IMG/VR virus record: IMGVR_UViG_3300029319_000002
Coordinates: 32,001-96,000 of that record
DNA from: a virus
Length of the DNA: 64,000 bases
Reading direction: 5' to 3' (one strand)
Position 1 is the stretch's first letter. Each line of letters starts with the position of its first letter. Positions 37,304 to 48,700 of this stretch are shown one piece after another. The notes below the pieces were generated by a model, which was not told the DNA's origin, ran no database searches, and saw only the letters and a list, made by a program, of their open reading frames with translations. The position numbers and the translations under genes were made by a program.

Positions 37304-37456
37304 ATGCAACTCACTGACACTGCCAAGCAACAACTTCAACTGCAATTCTTTGTATCTTATCTGAACACCTTCGGTGATACTGGTAATGATATTCTGACTG
37401 CCCTGGATGACATCGCATCTGGTGAGGTTGTATGGTTTGACCCTGAGACTATCTGA
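37304..37456 (+). CDS. Hypothetical protein (50 aa), not in the track
   Basis: MQLTDTAKQQLQLQFFVSYLNTFGD...VVWFDPETI*; AACAACAAC leader. Confidence 0.65.
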   Translation: MQLTDTAKQQLQLQFFVSYLNTFGDTGNDILTALDDIASGEVVWFDPETI

Positions 37457-37467
37457 GGTTCACTGAT

Positions 37468-37489
37468 ACTAACCCCTTCGGGGGTTAGT
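37468..37489 (+). terminator. cUUCGg hairpin closing the early island
   Basis: ACTAACCCC-TTCG-GGGGTTAGT, 9 bp perfect stem; weak U tract. Confidence 0.75.
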
Positions 37490-37564
37490 GTTACTTACAG
37501 CAGTTATTATTGTTATATTAAAAACAATGGGTCCCCCTAAGCTATAAACGACCCAAATCGACCT

Positions 37565-37744
37565 TTAAATATCTTTCTCTTTAAAAATTTTTTTATGAGA
37601 AATTTCTCCACAAATAGTTGGTTCACAATAAAGGTTTGCTGTCTCTTGATAGTATAACACAACCTCTTCATATTTGCAAGGGGGCACAGAGATTGCTAGG
37701 TCTCTAGAATTAAATGGTCGTTGATTATTTTCAGAGATACTCAT
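37565..37744 (-). CDS. Antisense-oriented hypothetical protein (59 aa; start re-called to the ATG at 37744)
   Basis: MSISENNQRPFNSRDLAISVPPCKYEEVVLYYQETANLYCEPTICGEISHKK..., directly downstream of a minus-strand promoter. Confidence 0.6.
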   Translation of the reverse strand: MSISENNQRPFNSRDLAISVPPCKYEEVVLYYQETANLYCEPTICGEISHKKIFKEKDI

Positions 37745-37769
37745 AGTTTGTTTTAAACCCAACAGAGTC

Positions 37770-37798
37770 ATTCTACAGGTGAAAACGGAAAGTGTCAA
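37770..37798 (-). promoter_or_regulatory. Minus-strand sigma70 promoter
   Basis: TTGACA (37798-37793), 17 bp, TAGAAT (37775-37770). Confidence 0.8.
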
Positions 37799-37801
37799 GC
37801 C

Positions 37802-37830
37802 TTGACTTTAAAAAAATTTCCCAGTAAAAT
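37802..37830 (+). promoter_or_regulatory. Plus-strand sigma70 promoter, back-to-back with the above
   Basis: TTGACT-17 bp-TAAAAT. Confidence 0.7.
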
Positions 37831-37833
37831 TTT

Positions 37834-38058
37834 ATGTCAAAAGGTTTAATGTTAAATATGTCGTTCGAGTTACTCTCACAAATGGACAGCAACAACTGGT
37901 TTCATGTATATGACAAAAGAACTAAAGAATGCATTTACCACTGCTTGACAACAGATCAATTAGAGGTTAAAATCGTAGAGAATCTAGTTAGGTTCAGTGA
38001 TCATGAAATTGAAAAAGTAACAAACAATAGTTGTATCAACATTGACACATCCCAATAA
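37834..38058 (+). CDS. Hypothetical protein (true start probably a downstream ATG)
   Basis: WFHVYDK..ECIYHCLT..QLE pattern; the first ATG precedes the predicted transcription start. Confidence 0.6.
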   Translation: MSKGLMLNMSFELLSQMDSNNWFHVYDKRTKECIYHCLTTDQLEVKIVENLVRFSDHEIEKVTNNSCINIDTSQ

Positions 38059-38061
38059 ATA
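38055..38061 (+). promoter_or_regulatory. T4-type late promoter
   Basis: ATAAATA 23 bp before the ATG at 38084. Confidence 0.7.
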
Positions 38062-38083
38062 CACAGGAGTTGAATTTTAAACA

Positions 38084-38848
38084 ATGGCTAAAGGATTTAC
38101 AGTAAAGGCAGCAAAACCTAAAAGTTCTGATAATGGACTTACTGAAGAAGAACTTGTACAGAAAGGTAGAGAAGTTCTTAAAGGAAAGACTGTAGTATTT
38201 TGTCTACCTGGACGAGGAGTTTCTTATGTCTATCTGAAGAACTTTGTACAGTTATGTTTTGATCTTGTACAGAATCAGACACAGATTCAGATTTCACAAG
38301 ACTATAGTTCAATGGTAAACTTTGCAAGATGTAAGTGTCTTGGTGCAAATGTATTACGTGGACCCGATCAAATTCCTTGGGATGGAAAACTAAATTACGA
38401 TTTCCAACTATGGATTGATAGTGACATTGTGTTTAACACAAACAAGTTGTATCGTATCGCAGCACTTGACAAGGACATTGCATGTGGGTGGTATATGACC
38501 GAAGATGGTCGTACTACCAGTGTTGCCCATTGGTTGGAGGAAGACGATTTCCGTAACAATGGTGGTGTGATGAATCATGAGACTGGAGAGTCCATGAGCA
38601 AACGTAAGAAACCTTTTACAGTTGATTACACTGGTTTTGGATGGACACTGATCAAGAAGGGTGTCTTTGAGAATGAGGGAATGAAGTATCCCTGGTTTGC
38701 TCCCAAGATGCAAGTATTTGAATCAGGAGAGGTCCAAGACATGTGTGGAGAGGATGTAAGTTTTTGTCTTGATGCTATTGAGAGTGGTTTTGAGATTTGG
38801 TGTGATCCTCAGTGTCGTGTAGGGCACGAAAAATCTCGGGTTATCTGA
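38084..38848 (+). CDS. GT-A fold (family 2-like) glycosyltransferase conserved in cyanomyoviruses
   Basis: WIDSDIVF (DxD), VDYTGFG..LIKKGVFE, GEDVSFC and VGHEK motifs. Confidence 0.75.
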   Translation: MAKGFTVKAAKPKSSDNGLTEEELVQKGREVLKGKTVVFCLPGRGVSYVYLKNFVQLCFDLVQNQTQIQISQDYSSMVNFARCKCLGANVLRGPDQIPWDGKLNYDFQLWIDSDIVFNTNKLYRIAALDKDIACGWYMTEDGRTTSVAHWLEEDDFRNNGGVMNHETGESMSKRKKPFTVDYTGFGWTLIKKGVFENEGMKYPWFAPKMQVFESGEVQDMCGEDVSFCLDAIESGFEIWCDPQCRVGHEKSRVI

Positions 38849-38997
38849 TGAACTATGAAATTCGGATTCGTGGTCGTCAGATTTACTCGGGCGACTCGGA
38901 GAATGATTTTTTAGATGTACTTGAAGAATTAGCAGAAGAGTACTACAATACTGGAGATCCTTCTCCAGAGGACATTGAAACTAACATTACGGAGTAA
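38848..38997 (+). CDS. Small acidic protein (49 aa; start re-called)
   Basis: TGATG overlap; LDVLEELAEEYYNTGDPSPEDIET. Confidence 0.75.
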   Translation: MNYEIRIRGRQIYSGDSENDFLDVLEELAEEYYNTGDPSPEDIETNITE

Positions 38998-39003
38998 CTA
39001 ATT

Positions 39004-39147
39004 ATGGCAATGCGCGCACTTAAGAAGGGTGATATTCAAATTGAATCCCTTCCCAAAAAAACTCGTCAAGGTAGTGGTAAGCACACCAAGTATGCTGCCA
39101 CCAGTCGTAACGGTAAAAAGAAACCATATAGAGGTCAAGGACGATGA
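39004..39147 (+). CDS. Small highly basic protein (47 aa), not in the track
   Basis: MAMRALKKGDIQIESLPKKTRQGSGKHTKYAATSRNGKKKPYRGQGR*; ATGA overlap with the next gene. Confidence 0.8.
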   Translation: MAMRALKKGDIQIESLPKKTRQGSGKHTKYAATSRNGKKKPYRGQGR

Positions 39148-39626
39148 AGAGTGGAAAGGTATGGGGTATCACCCAATTAGTACACTCCAATAGTTCCTTT
39201 GAGTTTCATCGTATTGAAGCAAAAGCAGGTGGACAATGTTCCAAGCATAAACATAAGCATAAGTGGAATGGTTTCTTTGTAGAGAGTGGGTCACTTAAGG
39301 TTCGTATTTGGAAAGAAACTTCTTCATTACTAGCTGGTGATTCAACACACGTAGATGAGACTGAATTAGGTCCAGGAGACTTTCTAATGGTTAAACCGAC
39401 CGAATACCACCAGTTTGAAGCAATAGAGGATACGGTGGCATTTGAACTGTATTGGGCAGAGTTTAATCATGATGATATTGTTCGTGAAGATCATGGACGA
39501 ATGAAGTCTAATTTTATTTCTTATCAGATTCCTGAATACAGTGGTGATTATGATCTGAGTGCAGGATGTTTAACTCTGAGTGGTATGAGCATCTCCACAT
39601 TTGGTAATAATAATTTTGATGTATAG
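39144..39626 (+). CDS. Cupin-domain protein (sugar isomerase/epimerase-like)
   Basis: CSKHKHKHKWNGFFVESGSL and LGPGDFLMVKPTEYHQF cupin motifs. Confidence 0.8.
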   Translation: MKSGKVWGITQLVHSNSSFEFHRIEAKAGGQCSKHKHKHKWNGFFVESGSLKVRIWKETSSLLAGDSTHVDETELGPGDFLMVKPTEYHQFEAIEDTVAFELYWAEFNHDDIVREDHGRMKSNFISYQIPEYSGDYDLSAGCLTLSGMSISTFGNNNFDV

Positions 39627-39648
39627 ATAGTATAACTATCTTAATATT

Positions 39649-40359
39649 ATGAGTTGTCTTATCGCCAATTTGCCTGCCGTTGAGGTTTGGGTTCGCAAAG
39701 AATATTTAACTGACCATCAATCTGGTCATGGAGAGTTTGTAAAGGGCGTCTGGGTATCAGTTAAGTCGATACCTGGACGTGCTTTTTATTTTGAGACATA
39801 CTTACCAGAGTATGCAGCAATGTATGATAAGCTACCTATCAGTGCTTTTGTATCATCACCAGAGACTCCAAGTCCTGATATGCCATTGAATAACCTACAG
39901 TTCTGGAACTGTATGGATTATGGTGTAGTAGCAGTTACAAAGCAGTTTATTGGTTCAATGACCTACGAGTGTCACACTAGAGATTTCGGAGCACAGAGGG
40001 GCACCTACGTGTGTACCATAGATAATTACCATCGTGATCCAGACTCTGTTGACTATGCTACGAGTGAGAATCCTGCAGAGCATAAATCTCATAACCTAGT
40101 TGAACTTGATAATGGACAATTCTGTCTATATCCAAATAATAGAACTAGAATCTTTGATAATAGTTTGACACCCAAGAATCCAAAGACTCCAGATTTCAAG
40201 GTATCCACTCAATATTATCAAGTTGAAGCAGGTTATGATTTTGATGGATTGGGAACAGAAGAGAACTATTTCTGGAAAACTGCGAAAGAAAGAGAAGAAA
40301 CTAGTGATCCACAATTACTAACTGAAGAGTATGCTGATTGGAATATCTCAGATACCTAA
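39649..40359 (+). CDS. Conserved marine T4-like hypothetical protein (236 aa)
   Basis: LIANLP..VWVRKEYL.DHQ.GHGEFV.GVW...YDKLPISAF..QFWNCMDY motifs. Confidence 0.85.
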   Translation: MSCLIANLPAVEVWVRKEYLTDHQSGHGEFVKGVWVSVKSIPGRAFYFETYLPEYAAMYDKLPISAFVSSPETPSPDMPLNNLQFWNCMDYGVVAVTKQFIGSMTYECHTRDFGAQRGTYVCTIDNYHRDPDSVDYATSENPAEHKSHNLVELDNGQFCLYPNNRTRIFDNSLTPKNPKTPDFKVSTQYYQVEAGYDFDGLGTEENYFWKTAKEREETSDPQLLTEEYADWNISDT

Positions 40360-40365
40360 TAAATA
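40359..40365 (+). promoter_or_regulatory. T4-type late promoter
   Basis: ATAAATA 24 bp before gp25. Confidence 0.7.
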
Positions 40366-40388
40366 CATTAGTAAAACTGTAGATATGA

Positions 40389-40814
40389 ATGCCAGTTCCA
40401 TATCCGACAAAACAATTTAAAGATATTAGTCTCAGTTTTAAAAAACATCCTGTGACTAAAGATATCTTGGTGTTAAAAGATAATGATGCGATAAAAAAAT
40501 CGGTAATGAATATTGTCAGAACTGCCATTGGTGATAGATTTTATGAACCAGCCCTTGGAACACGGATTGGAGGTCTACTATTTTCATTGAGCACCAATTC
40601 ATATGATCAATCTTTATTAAAATCTGAAATATCTACTGCACTTCAGAATTGGGAACCTAGAGTTAGTGTAAACGGAATTGATGTTACTCTACAAACTAGG
40701 TCATCGGAAAATTCTTTTTTCAATGATGAAAACAGTGTTGAGGTGGTTATTGATTATGAGATTATTGGCCAACCAAATATTCCACAACAAATTCAGTTTG
40801 TTTTAGAGAGATAA
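40389..40814 (+). CDS. gp25: Baseplate wedge subunit gp25
   Basis: FKDISLSF..HPVT.D...AIKKSV.NIV.T..GDRFYEP.LG..WEPRV pattern. Confidence 0.92.
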   Translation: MPVPYPTKQFKDISLSFKKHPVTKDILVLKDNDAIKKSVMNIVRTAIGDRFYEPALGTRIGGLLFSLSTNSYDQSLLKSEISTALQNWEPRVSVNGIDVTLQTRSSENSFFNDENSVEVVIDYEIIGQPNIPQQIQFVLER

Positions 40815-40815
40815 A

Positions 40816-42705
40816 ATGTCAGCAACTCAGTATTTAAGTTTAGATTTTGATCAAATAAAAGATTCGATCAAGAGTCATCTAAGAGCAAACTCAAATTTTA
40901 CGGATTATGATTTTGAGGGATCAAATCTTTCAATCTTAATTGATATACTTGCATATAATACTTTTATTAACTCATACAACACCAACATGGTGGCAAATGA
41001 GGCATTTTTAGAAACTGCTAGTTTGAGAGAAAATGTTATAACTCATGCCGAAAATATTGGATATGTTCCTAGGTCTTCTAGAGCATCTAGAGCAAAGATA
41101 AGTTTTAGTATAGTTTTTCCAAATGATACAACTGCATCTTTTTTAACTCTTAAAAAAGGTCCAGTTGCAGTTTCAAATATTGTTAATTCTAACTACGTGT
41201 TTTCAGTAGTTGATGATATAACAGCACCGGTTAAAAATTTGGTGGCAGCATTTAATGAAATAGAAATAATTGAAGGTAGTGTAGTTGAGCAATCATTTAC
41301 AGTAGATACTTCATTATCTAATCAAAAGTTTCAGTTAAATAATCCAAAAATTGATACTACAACTATCAGAGTCAAAGTAAAAGAATCTGCAACATCTCAA
41401 ATTTATACTGATTTCAGATTAGTTGAGAATATCATCGGTGAATCTTCTTCAGAACCAATCTTCATTATTAAGGAATCTAAGGATGAAACATATGAACTCA
41501 TCTTTGGTGATGGATTTATCGGTAAAAAACTTGAAAATGGCAATGTTATTGAGGTATCTTACATAGTTTGTAATGAAGATGAAACTAACGGGTTCCAAAA
41601 TTTTATTTTTAACGGAAGACTTGTAGATAGTAACTTGTCATTTATTTCACCCGCAGGCATTAATATAACGGTGAATCAATCATCAATAGGTGGATCTAAG
41701 TTAGAATCAATAAAATCTATTAAAAATTATGCAAGTCGATATCTTGCGACTCAAAATAGAGCAGTGACAACTGCAGATTATGAAACATTAATACCAAAAT
41801 TGTTTTCAAAAGCGGAATCTGCAGTGGCATATGGAGGAGAAACACTAACCCCTCCTCAATACGGAAAAGTTTTTGTATCAATAAAACCAGATAATTCATC
41901 ATTCCTCTCTTTGTTTGATAAAACATTTATTAAAAATGAATTAAAAAAATATTCTCCGGTTGGTATTGATGTAATAATTGAAGATCTAAAATATCTTTAC
42001 ATTGAACTGGATGTAAATGCATATTTTGCGACAAATTTAACATCATCTGCTAGTGATATCAAATCAAAAATATTTACAATGATGTCGGCATTTGCAGATA
42101 GTGAGGATTTGACACGATTTGGGGGAAGATTTAAATATTCAAATTTTGTAAGTGCAGTGGATGATACTGATGTTGCTATTACATCAAACGTAACTAACGT
42201 TATTTTAAGAAGAGATTTAATTCCAGAGATTAATTCTTTCTTCAGTTATGAGTTATGTTATGGAAATACTTTATTTGCACCATTAAATAGTTCATATAAT
42301 ATAAAAAGCACTGGATTTACCATTGATAAGTATACTGATATTGTATACCTAACTGATTTTGCTACTAGTTCTACTACTGGCAGATTATTATTATTCAGAA
42401 TTGATCAAAATGGTGCTCCAGAAGTTCTAGAAAGTAACGTTGGTACAATAAATTATACGACTGGTGAATTGTTTATAGATAGTTTGAATATAACTTCAAC
42501 AACTTTATCAAATGGTGTAATTGAAGTTGAATGTTTACCACAATCATATGATTTAATAGGATTGCGAGATTTATTTTTAAATCTATCTGTATCCAAATCC
42601 ACAGTTACAATGATTAAAGATGATATCTCTTCTGGATCAGACACATCTGGAGTTAATTTTATATCTACTCCTCAGTACAACAAATCAGGATTTTTCAGAA
42701 CATAA
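40816..42705 (+). CDS. gp6: Baseplate wedge subunit gp6
   Basis: LDFDQIK..DYDFEGSNLSILIDILAYNT..NEAFLETA.LRENV; QNRAVT..DY motifs. Confidence 0.95.
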   Translation: MSATQYLSLDFDQIKDSIKSHLRANSNFTDYDFEGSNLSILIDILAYNTFINSYNTNMVANEAFLETASLRENVITHAENIGYVPRSSRASRAKISFSIVFPNDTTASFLTLKKGPVAVSNIVNSNYVFSVVDDITAPVKNLVAAFNEIEIIEGSVVEQSFTVDTSLSNQKFQLNNPKIDTTTIRVKVKESATSQIYTDFRLVENIIGESSSEPIFIIKESKDETYELIFGDGFIGKKLENGNVIEVSYIVCNEDETNGFQNFIFNGRLVDSNLSFISPAGINITVNQSSIGGSKLESIKSIKNYASRYLATQNRAVTTADYETLIPKLFSKAESAVAYGGETLTPPQYGKVFVSIKPDNSSFLSLFDKTFIKNELKKYSPVGIDVIIEDLKYLYIELDVNAYFATNLTSSASDIKSKIFTMMSAFADSEDLTRFGGRFKYSNFVSAVDDTDVAITSNVTNVILRRDLIPEINSFFSYELCYGNTLFAPLNSSYNIKSTGFTIDKYTDIVYLTDFATSSTTGRLLLFRIDQNGAPEVLESNVGTINYTTGELFIDSLNITSTTLSNGVIEVECLPQSYDLIGLRDLFLNLSVSKSTVTMIKDDISSGSDTSGVNFISTPQYNKSGFFRT

Positions 42706-42711
42706 AGTAGA

Positions 42712-45700
42712 ATGTATATCAATCTAGAAGATCGCAAAGTATTAATTGAAGATGTAGTTTCCGGGTTTGTTCCAGATTTTATTCTGGAAGAGAATCCACT
42801 ATTTTTAGAATTTTTAAAATCATATTTTAAATCCAGGGAAGCATTTGGATCTGATATTGATATAATAAGAAACATACTACAATATCAAAAATTAGAAAAA
42901 CTTTTTTCTATTAAAGAAACCACTACATTATCTTCTGATGTCACTGAATTTGCCAATACTATCACAGTAGCATCCACAGAAGGATATCCTTCTAGATTTG
43001 GTTTAGTTCAAATAAATGATGAAATTATAGCATATGAGAGTAAGACTGATACTCAATTCAAAAATTGTTTTAGAGGTTTTAGTGGTGCGACGGAATTAGG
43101 AAAGTATACTGATAGGAACACATATACTTTTAAAAATACAAATGCACAAAGACATTCGTCTGGAGATGTTGTAAAAAATATTAGTATTCTATTTTTAAAA
43201 GAATTTTTATTTTATTTAAAATCAAAGTATTTACCAGGATTTGAAAATGTTGATTTCTATCCAGGAGTTAATGAAGAACTAGTAATTGCTAGCATTAAAG
43301 ATTTTTATTCTTCAAAGGGAACTTTTAATTCATTTGAAATTCTTTTTAGGATTTTATATGGAGCAGATCCAATAGTCTTCTTACCAAAAGAAAAGATTTT
43401 AAAACCCTCAGCATCTGAGTATATCAACGCTACTGAATTAATTGTTGAAGTAAAAAGTGGAGATATTAATAATATTAAAGGATCAACAATTTTTCAAGAA
43501 AGTAATACTATCCTTGATGTAGAAGAATCTGAGGGTGTTGTTTTTGATGTCAATTTCTTAGAATCAATTCAAATACCTGAAAGATTTTTTGAGTCTGGAA
43601 CCTCTTCTCAAAGTGGAAATATTATAACTGTTGTTTCAGCAGATCATGGATTGAGAAATGGGAATTCGGTATATATTAAATTTTCAGAAATTGATGGTGG
43701 AGGCACATCTGAAAGTAAAGTATACACCCAGGTTTTAGTTGTTGATAATGACACTTTTCAGGTTTTTAGTTCTACAAGTAAAATAGTATTAAATCAATCA
43801 GCTAATATTAATACTATTATTGAAAACACTAATGACATATACAAAATAAAATTAAGTAGAGTTGATGGAAAATTTTATTTTGCAGGAAAGACTCTTTTAA
43901 GAAAATTAGTTTCTCCAAACGATACTGCAGTTTTTGTAGACTCTACTGTTGGATTTCCTGAAAGTGGATCAATAGAAATCAATGGGGATACTGTTCAATA
44001 CACTTCAAAATCAATTAATGCATTTAAAGGATGCACCGGAATAGATGTTGCTGCCAACATAGGATCTCAGGTTACTTCTAATTTGACAGTAGTATCTTAT
44101 GAAAACGGTGATAAAGCAAAACCAGTTGTGATGAGAATTGTTGACTCTACTACTAATGAATTATCTAATGATAATATTATTGTAAAAAATAATACTAAAC
44201 TAAAAATAAAAAGTATTGGATCTGTAGAAAGTAACTATATTGCTGATAGTTTCATCCAAAATACTCCAGTAGAGTATGAGGTTGCCGATGTAGATTTAAT
44301 TAGCAATAAATTACTTTTCAAATCTCCTCATAATTTTCTTTCTGGTGATAGAGTAGATATAAAAGATTTTTTTGCAGTCAATGAAAATGGAATAAGAAAT
44401 AAACTTTATTTTACTAACGTTCTTATTACAACAAATATTAATACTCCTAATCAGATAGAAATAACTCAACCAATAAATCCAACATTAGATGGTAAAAAGG
44501 TTGTAGTTTCTAAGTCACTTCAGTTTGGACAAGTTTCCCCAGATTTTCAAAACTTAGATAAAGAACCTGCTAACGTTCAAAGAATTTTAAAAGATAATAA
44601 TAAAAATTATTATGCTGCAACAAGCTCTATTCCAGAGTTTTTAATTTCACTAAATCCAAGATCTAATAGTACAGTAAAAACTTTTACAACATCTGATGGA
44701 AGTTTAGTCTTTGGTTCAGATGATTCTTTAATTTTTAATGTTAATCACAATTATAATTCTGGTGATAAAGTAAAATTTATAATAACAGGATCTCAAAAAT
44801 CTATTGATCAAATTGCATATGTCAAAAAAATTGATCAGCAAACACTAAAATTATCACTATCGGCATCATCAGTAGATTCTAATGATTTTATTGACATTGA
44901 TTCATATAAAACCGATGCTGGTGGGAGTAATTTTACGGTAACTTTAATTAGAAATGAGTTTGCAGATAGAACTACAGAAGATCAGCAACTTATAAGACAG
45001 ATCAGAAGTAATAATAACTTTGGTGAAACTTATGATTTTGATATGAAACCATATCAACCATTTGGTGTTTTGGTTGATGGAGTTGATTTATATCCACCAT
45101 TTACTACAGATGAAATTAATTATGGTAAGATAGAATCAATTACAACATTAGATGGTGGATCAGGATTTGATATTATCAATAAACCAGTAGGAATTTTTAC
45201 CGGAACAACAACCGGAATTGGATGTAGTGTAAAAATATTTGTTGAAGGTGAGATTCAGGATATTTTAGTTACAAACAAAGGAAAAAATATCAAAAATATT
45301 CCTAATATAAAAGTTTTAGGTGGAAATAATTCTGATGTAAAATTGACTCCAGTTTTAGTCGAAGAATTTATTAGTAAAAATTTCTCACCCACAAAAGATG
45401 TAAGTCTAATCAATGATACCATTACATTTTCAGATGGGCATGTATTTGAAACGGGAGATAGAGTAAAATATAATTTAGTTGGAATTGGTACTTCCATTGG
45501 AATTAGTGGTGGAGGATCTTTAGTAAATAACTCGGAATATTTTGTTATTGGTATAAACACCACTACAATTAAATTAGCAAATACTAAATTAGAATCTTTT
45601 AATGGTACTGCTATTAATTTTGGAAATACTTTAGGATCTGGATCACAGAAATTAACATCAGTAGATCCAAAAACAATTTTAGATAGGGTTGATATTACTA

Positions 45701-48700
45701 GTCCCGGTACATTCAAAAATCACGAAATAGCATTTAGCACTATTATTGAAGAGTATCCTCCAACTAAAACTTACTCAAAGATTTTAAAAGGAATAAATCA
45801 AGAATCAGATTATTTTTATTATAGAGATCACGGATTCTCTACTGGTGATTTAATTCAGTATACTTCAGCAAGCACCGTTATTGGTGGTTTAGTAAATAAC
45901 AATTATTATTATATTATAAAACTTGATGAAGATGCATTCAGACTAGCACATGCAGGATCTAATATTGAATCTCTTTCAAAAACAAACTTTGATGATAATT
46001 TATTTGTAAAGATAACTTCAATTCCTGTTTCGACGGGGCATGTATTTAAAATACCTCCAATTACCTTTACCATAGAAGATTCTATGGCAACTGTAGTTCC
46101 AACCATAGAACCAATCATTCGTGGAAAAATTAAGTCTGTCACTTTAGATAGTTTTGGACAACAATATGGATCACAGGTTGTGAACTTAATTAGATCTCCT
46201 AAACTTGAAATCAGTAAAGGAACTGGAGCAATTGTCAATTTAATTATATCTAATGGAAGAATTGATAGTGCTTATGTTGCTAATGGTGGATCTGGATATT
46301 TTAATACACCCAATTTAATTGTAAATCCTGGGAATAGTTCTGGAAAATTTGCAAAGTTATTTGCAAGAGTAAGTAATGGCATCATAACTGCTGTGGATGT
46401 TATTTCTGGAGGATCAAACTACGACAATACATCTAGTGTTACGATAGAAACACCCGGATCTGGAGAAAATTTTGATATTCAACTGCAAAAATGGAAAGTA
46501 AATACCATTGCTAAAAATGTCCTGAATGCAAATGGTGATTTTACTAATAATGAATATTATATTATTCCTGGAAGAGACTCTACAAATCAGATAGTCTCTT
46601 CATATGCTCCTAAAACTCTTAGATCTAAGTTTGGTGATACTGAAAATAGATCCGATTCTGATATTGCAGGTAAATCTTTCCCACACTCAAAAATTGTTGG
46701 GTGGGCTTTTGATGGAAATCCAATTTATGCTCAGTTTGGATATAAAAATGCTACATCTACATCAGAGGGTGTCAAAAGAATAAAGAGTTGTTATACTTTA
46801 ATTCCACCAGACACAATCAATGCAGATCCGAATAGACCTAATATAAATGATTATTTTATTGGATATTTTATTAATGATTATTATTACGATAATCAAATTG
46901 GTGATCTTGATGAATTTAATGGTAGATATTGCATCACTCCAGAATTTCCAGATGGAACTTATGCTTATTTCTCAACAATAGGTGCTAATGGTAAACCTGC
47001 TTTTCCATATGCGATTTATGGATTAAAAGATAGATATTCTTCATTTAATTTAGATTATCTAAAATCTAATCAATCATACCTGCAAGATATACAAGATGAA
47101 TTAGTTACTTGTACTTCCACATATTCTTTTAAAAATGAAATCACTAATTATCCATTTTTAAAGAATGAAATCAATAAAGAATTGTTAGTAGTACAGGATC
47201 AAAACAAATCAATTTTAAAAAATCTTAAAGTAGTTGATGCTGGTAATAATTATAGAGTTGATGATACTGTAGTAGTAGAAAATGATGAAATATTTGGAAA
47301 AAATGCTAAGGGATTGATTACTTCAATTAAGGGAGTAGGAATCAACACAATAACTACAGTAAGAACTGGAATATCAACAGTATTTTTTGACATTAGACCC
47401 AATTTTGTTAGAGCAATTGTTGAAAAACCACATAACTTTGTTGATAGGGATAATGTTAGGGTTATTATTGCTGGAATTAATACAAGCAATTTTACCTTCC
47501 TGAACAATACTTACCCTATTAATGTAGATAAACCAACAACAACTCTTATAGAATCTATTCCAAACGCTGGAGTAACCACAGAATTAAAAATATCTGATAG
47601 TGTTGAATCTCTAGGAATATTTGTAGATGATTTTATTAAAATTGATAATGAGAAAATGAAAGTTCTCAGAGTTGACAATGATTCTAATCAAATTAGAGTT
47701 CAAAGAAATGTTGATGGAACAACGATAGCATCTCATACAGCATTTTCAAACGTAAATATTTTACCATCTACGTTTGATTTTACAACTGGAATTCAAACAA
47801 GTATTTTTACTCAAAAATACAATAAAATTTATTTTAATACATCTAACGTTGGTATAGGATCAACCACAACCACTATGATTGATTTTGTAGGAATACAAAC
47901 TCAAATAAAAGTGCCATTTAAGAGATTATATGCTCCATCTCATAAATTTGAAACAAATCAAGAAGTGACTTATAATTTTGATACTGTAAATGGGATAGGA
48001 TTAACTGTATCGGACACGTCAGATCTATCTCAAACTAGAACTTTGAATAATGGTGATAAATTATTTGTCGTGAAATATGATGATGATTATCTAGGGTTAA
48101 GTAGTGAAAGAGTTCTTCTTGGAGCAGGATATACTGCAATCACATATGATCCGGGATTTTATTTCCCGGTTAGCATGGTTGGAGATCCGTATGATCAATC
48201 ATTAACTTTTAATAAATTGCCTGTTGGTGAAGCATCTGAATTACAAACTACAATTGATACTGCAAAGGTTCATGGACTATCTTTGAATGATAAGATCAAA
48301 TTAAATGTAAAACCAAATTTCGTAAAAGAATATCAATTATTTTTTGATACAAATTACAATTCATTTAAACTTCCTAATTTATTTGTTAACTCTGGATTTT
48401 CTTCTGCACAAAATACAATTACATTTAATAATCATGGACTCAAAACAAATGATAGAGTCATTTACACTGAAGAAACGGGAGATTCATTAGGACCAGATTT
48501 TGTTGATGGGGACTTCTATTTTGTTAAAGTATTCTCTGAAAATACTTTCTCTCTAGGTAATACTAAGAATTCTATTTTAAGGGATGATGTTTTAAATATA
48601 ACTGCAAATAGTGGATCCTATTCCCTGTCACCATTAGATCCAAAAATAACTGCGGTTAGAGGATCTAAAGTAAAATTTGTTGGTGTTGCTACTTTACCGG

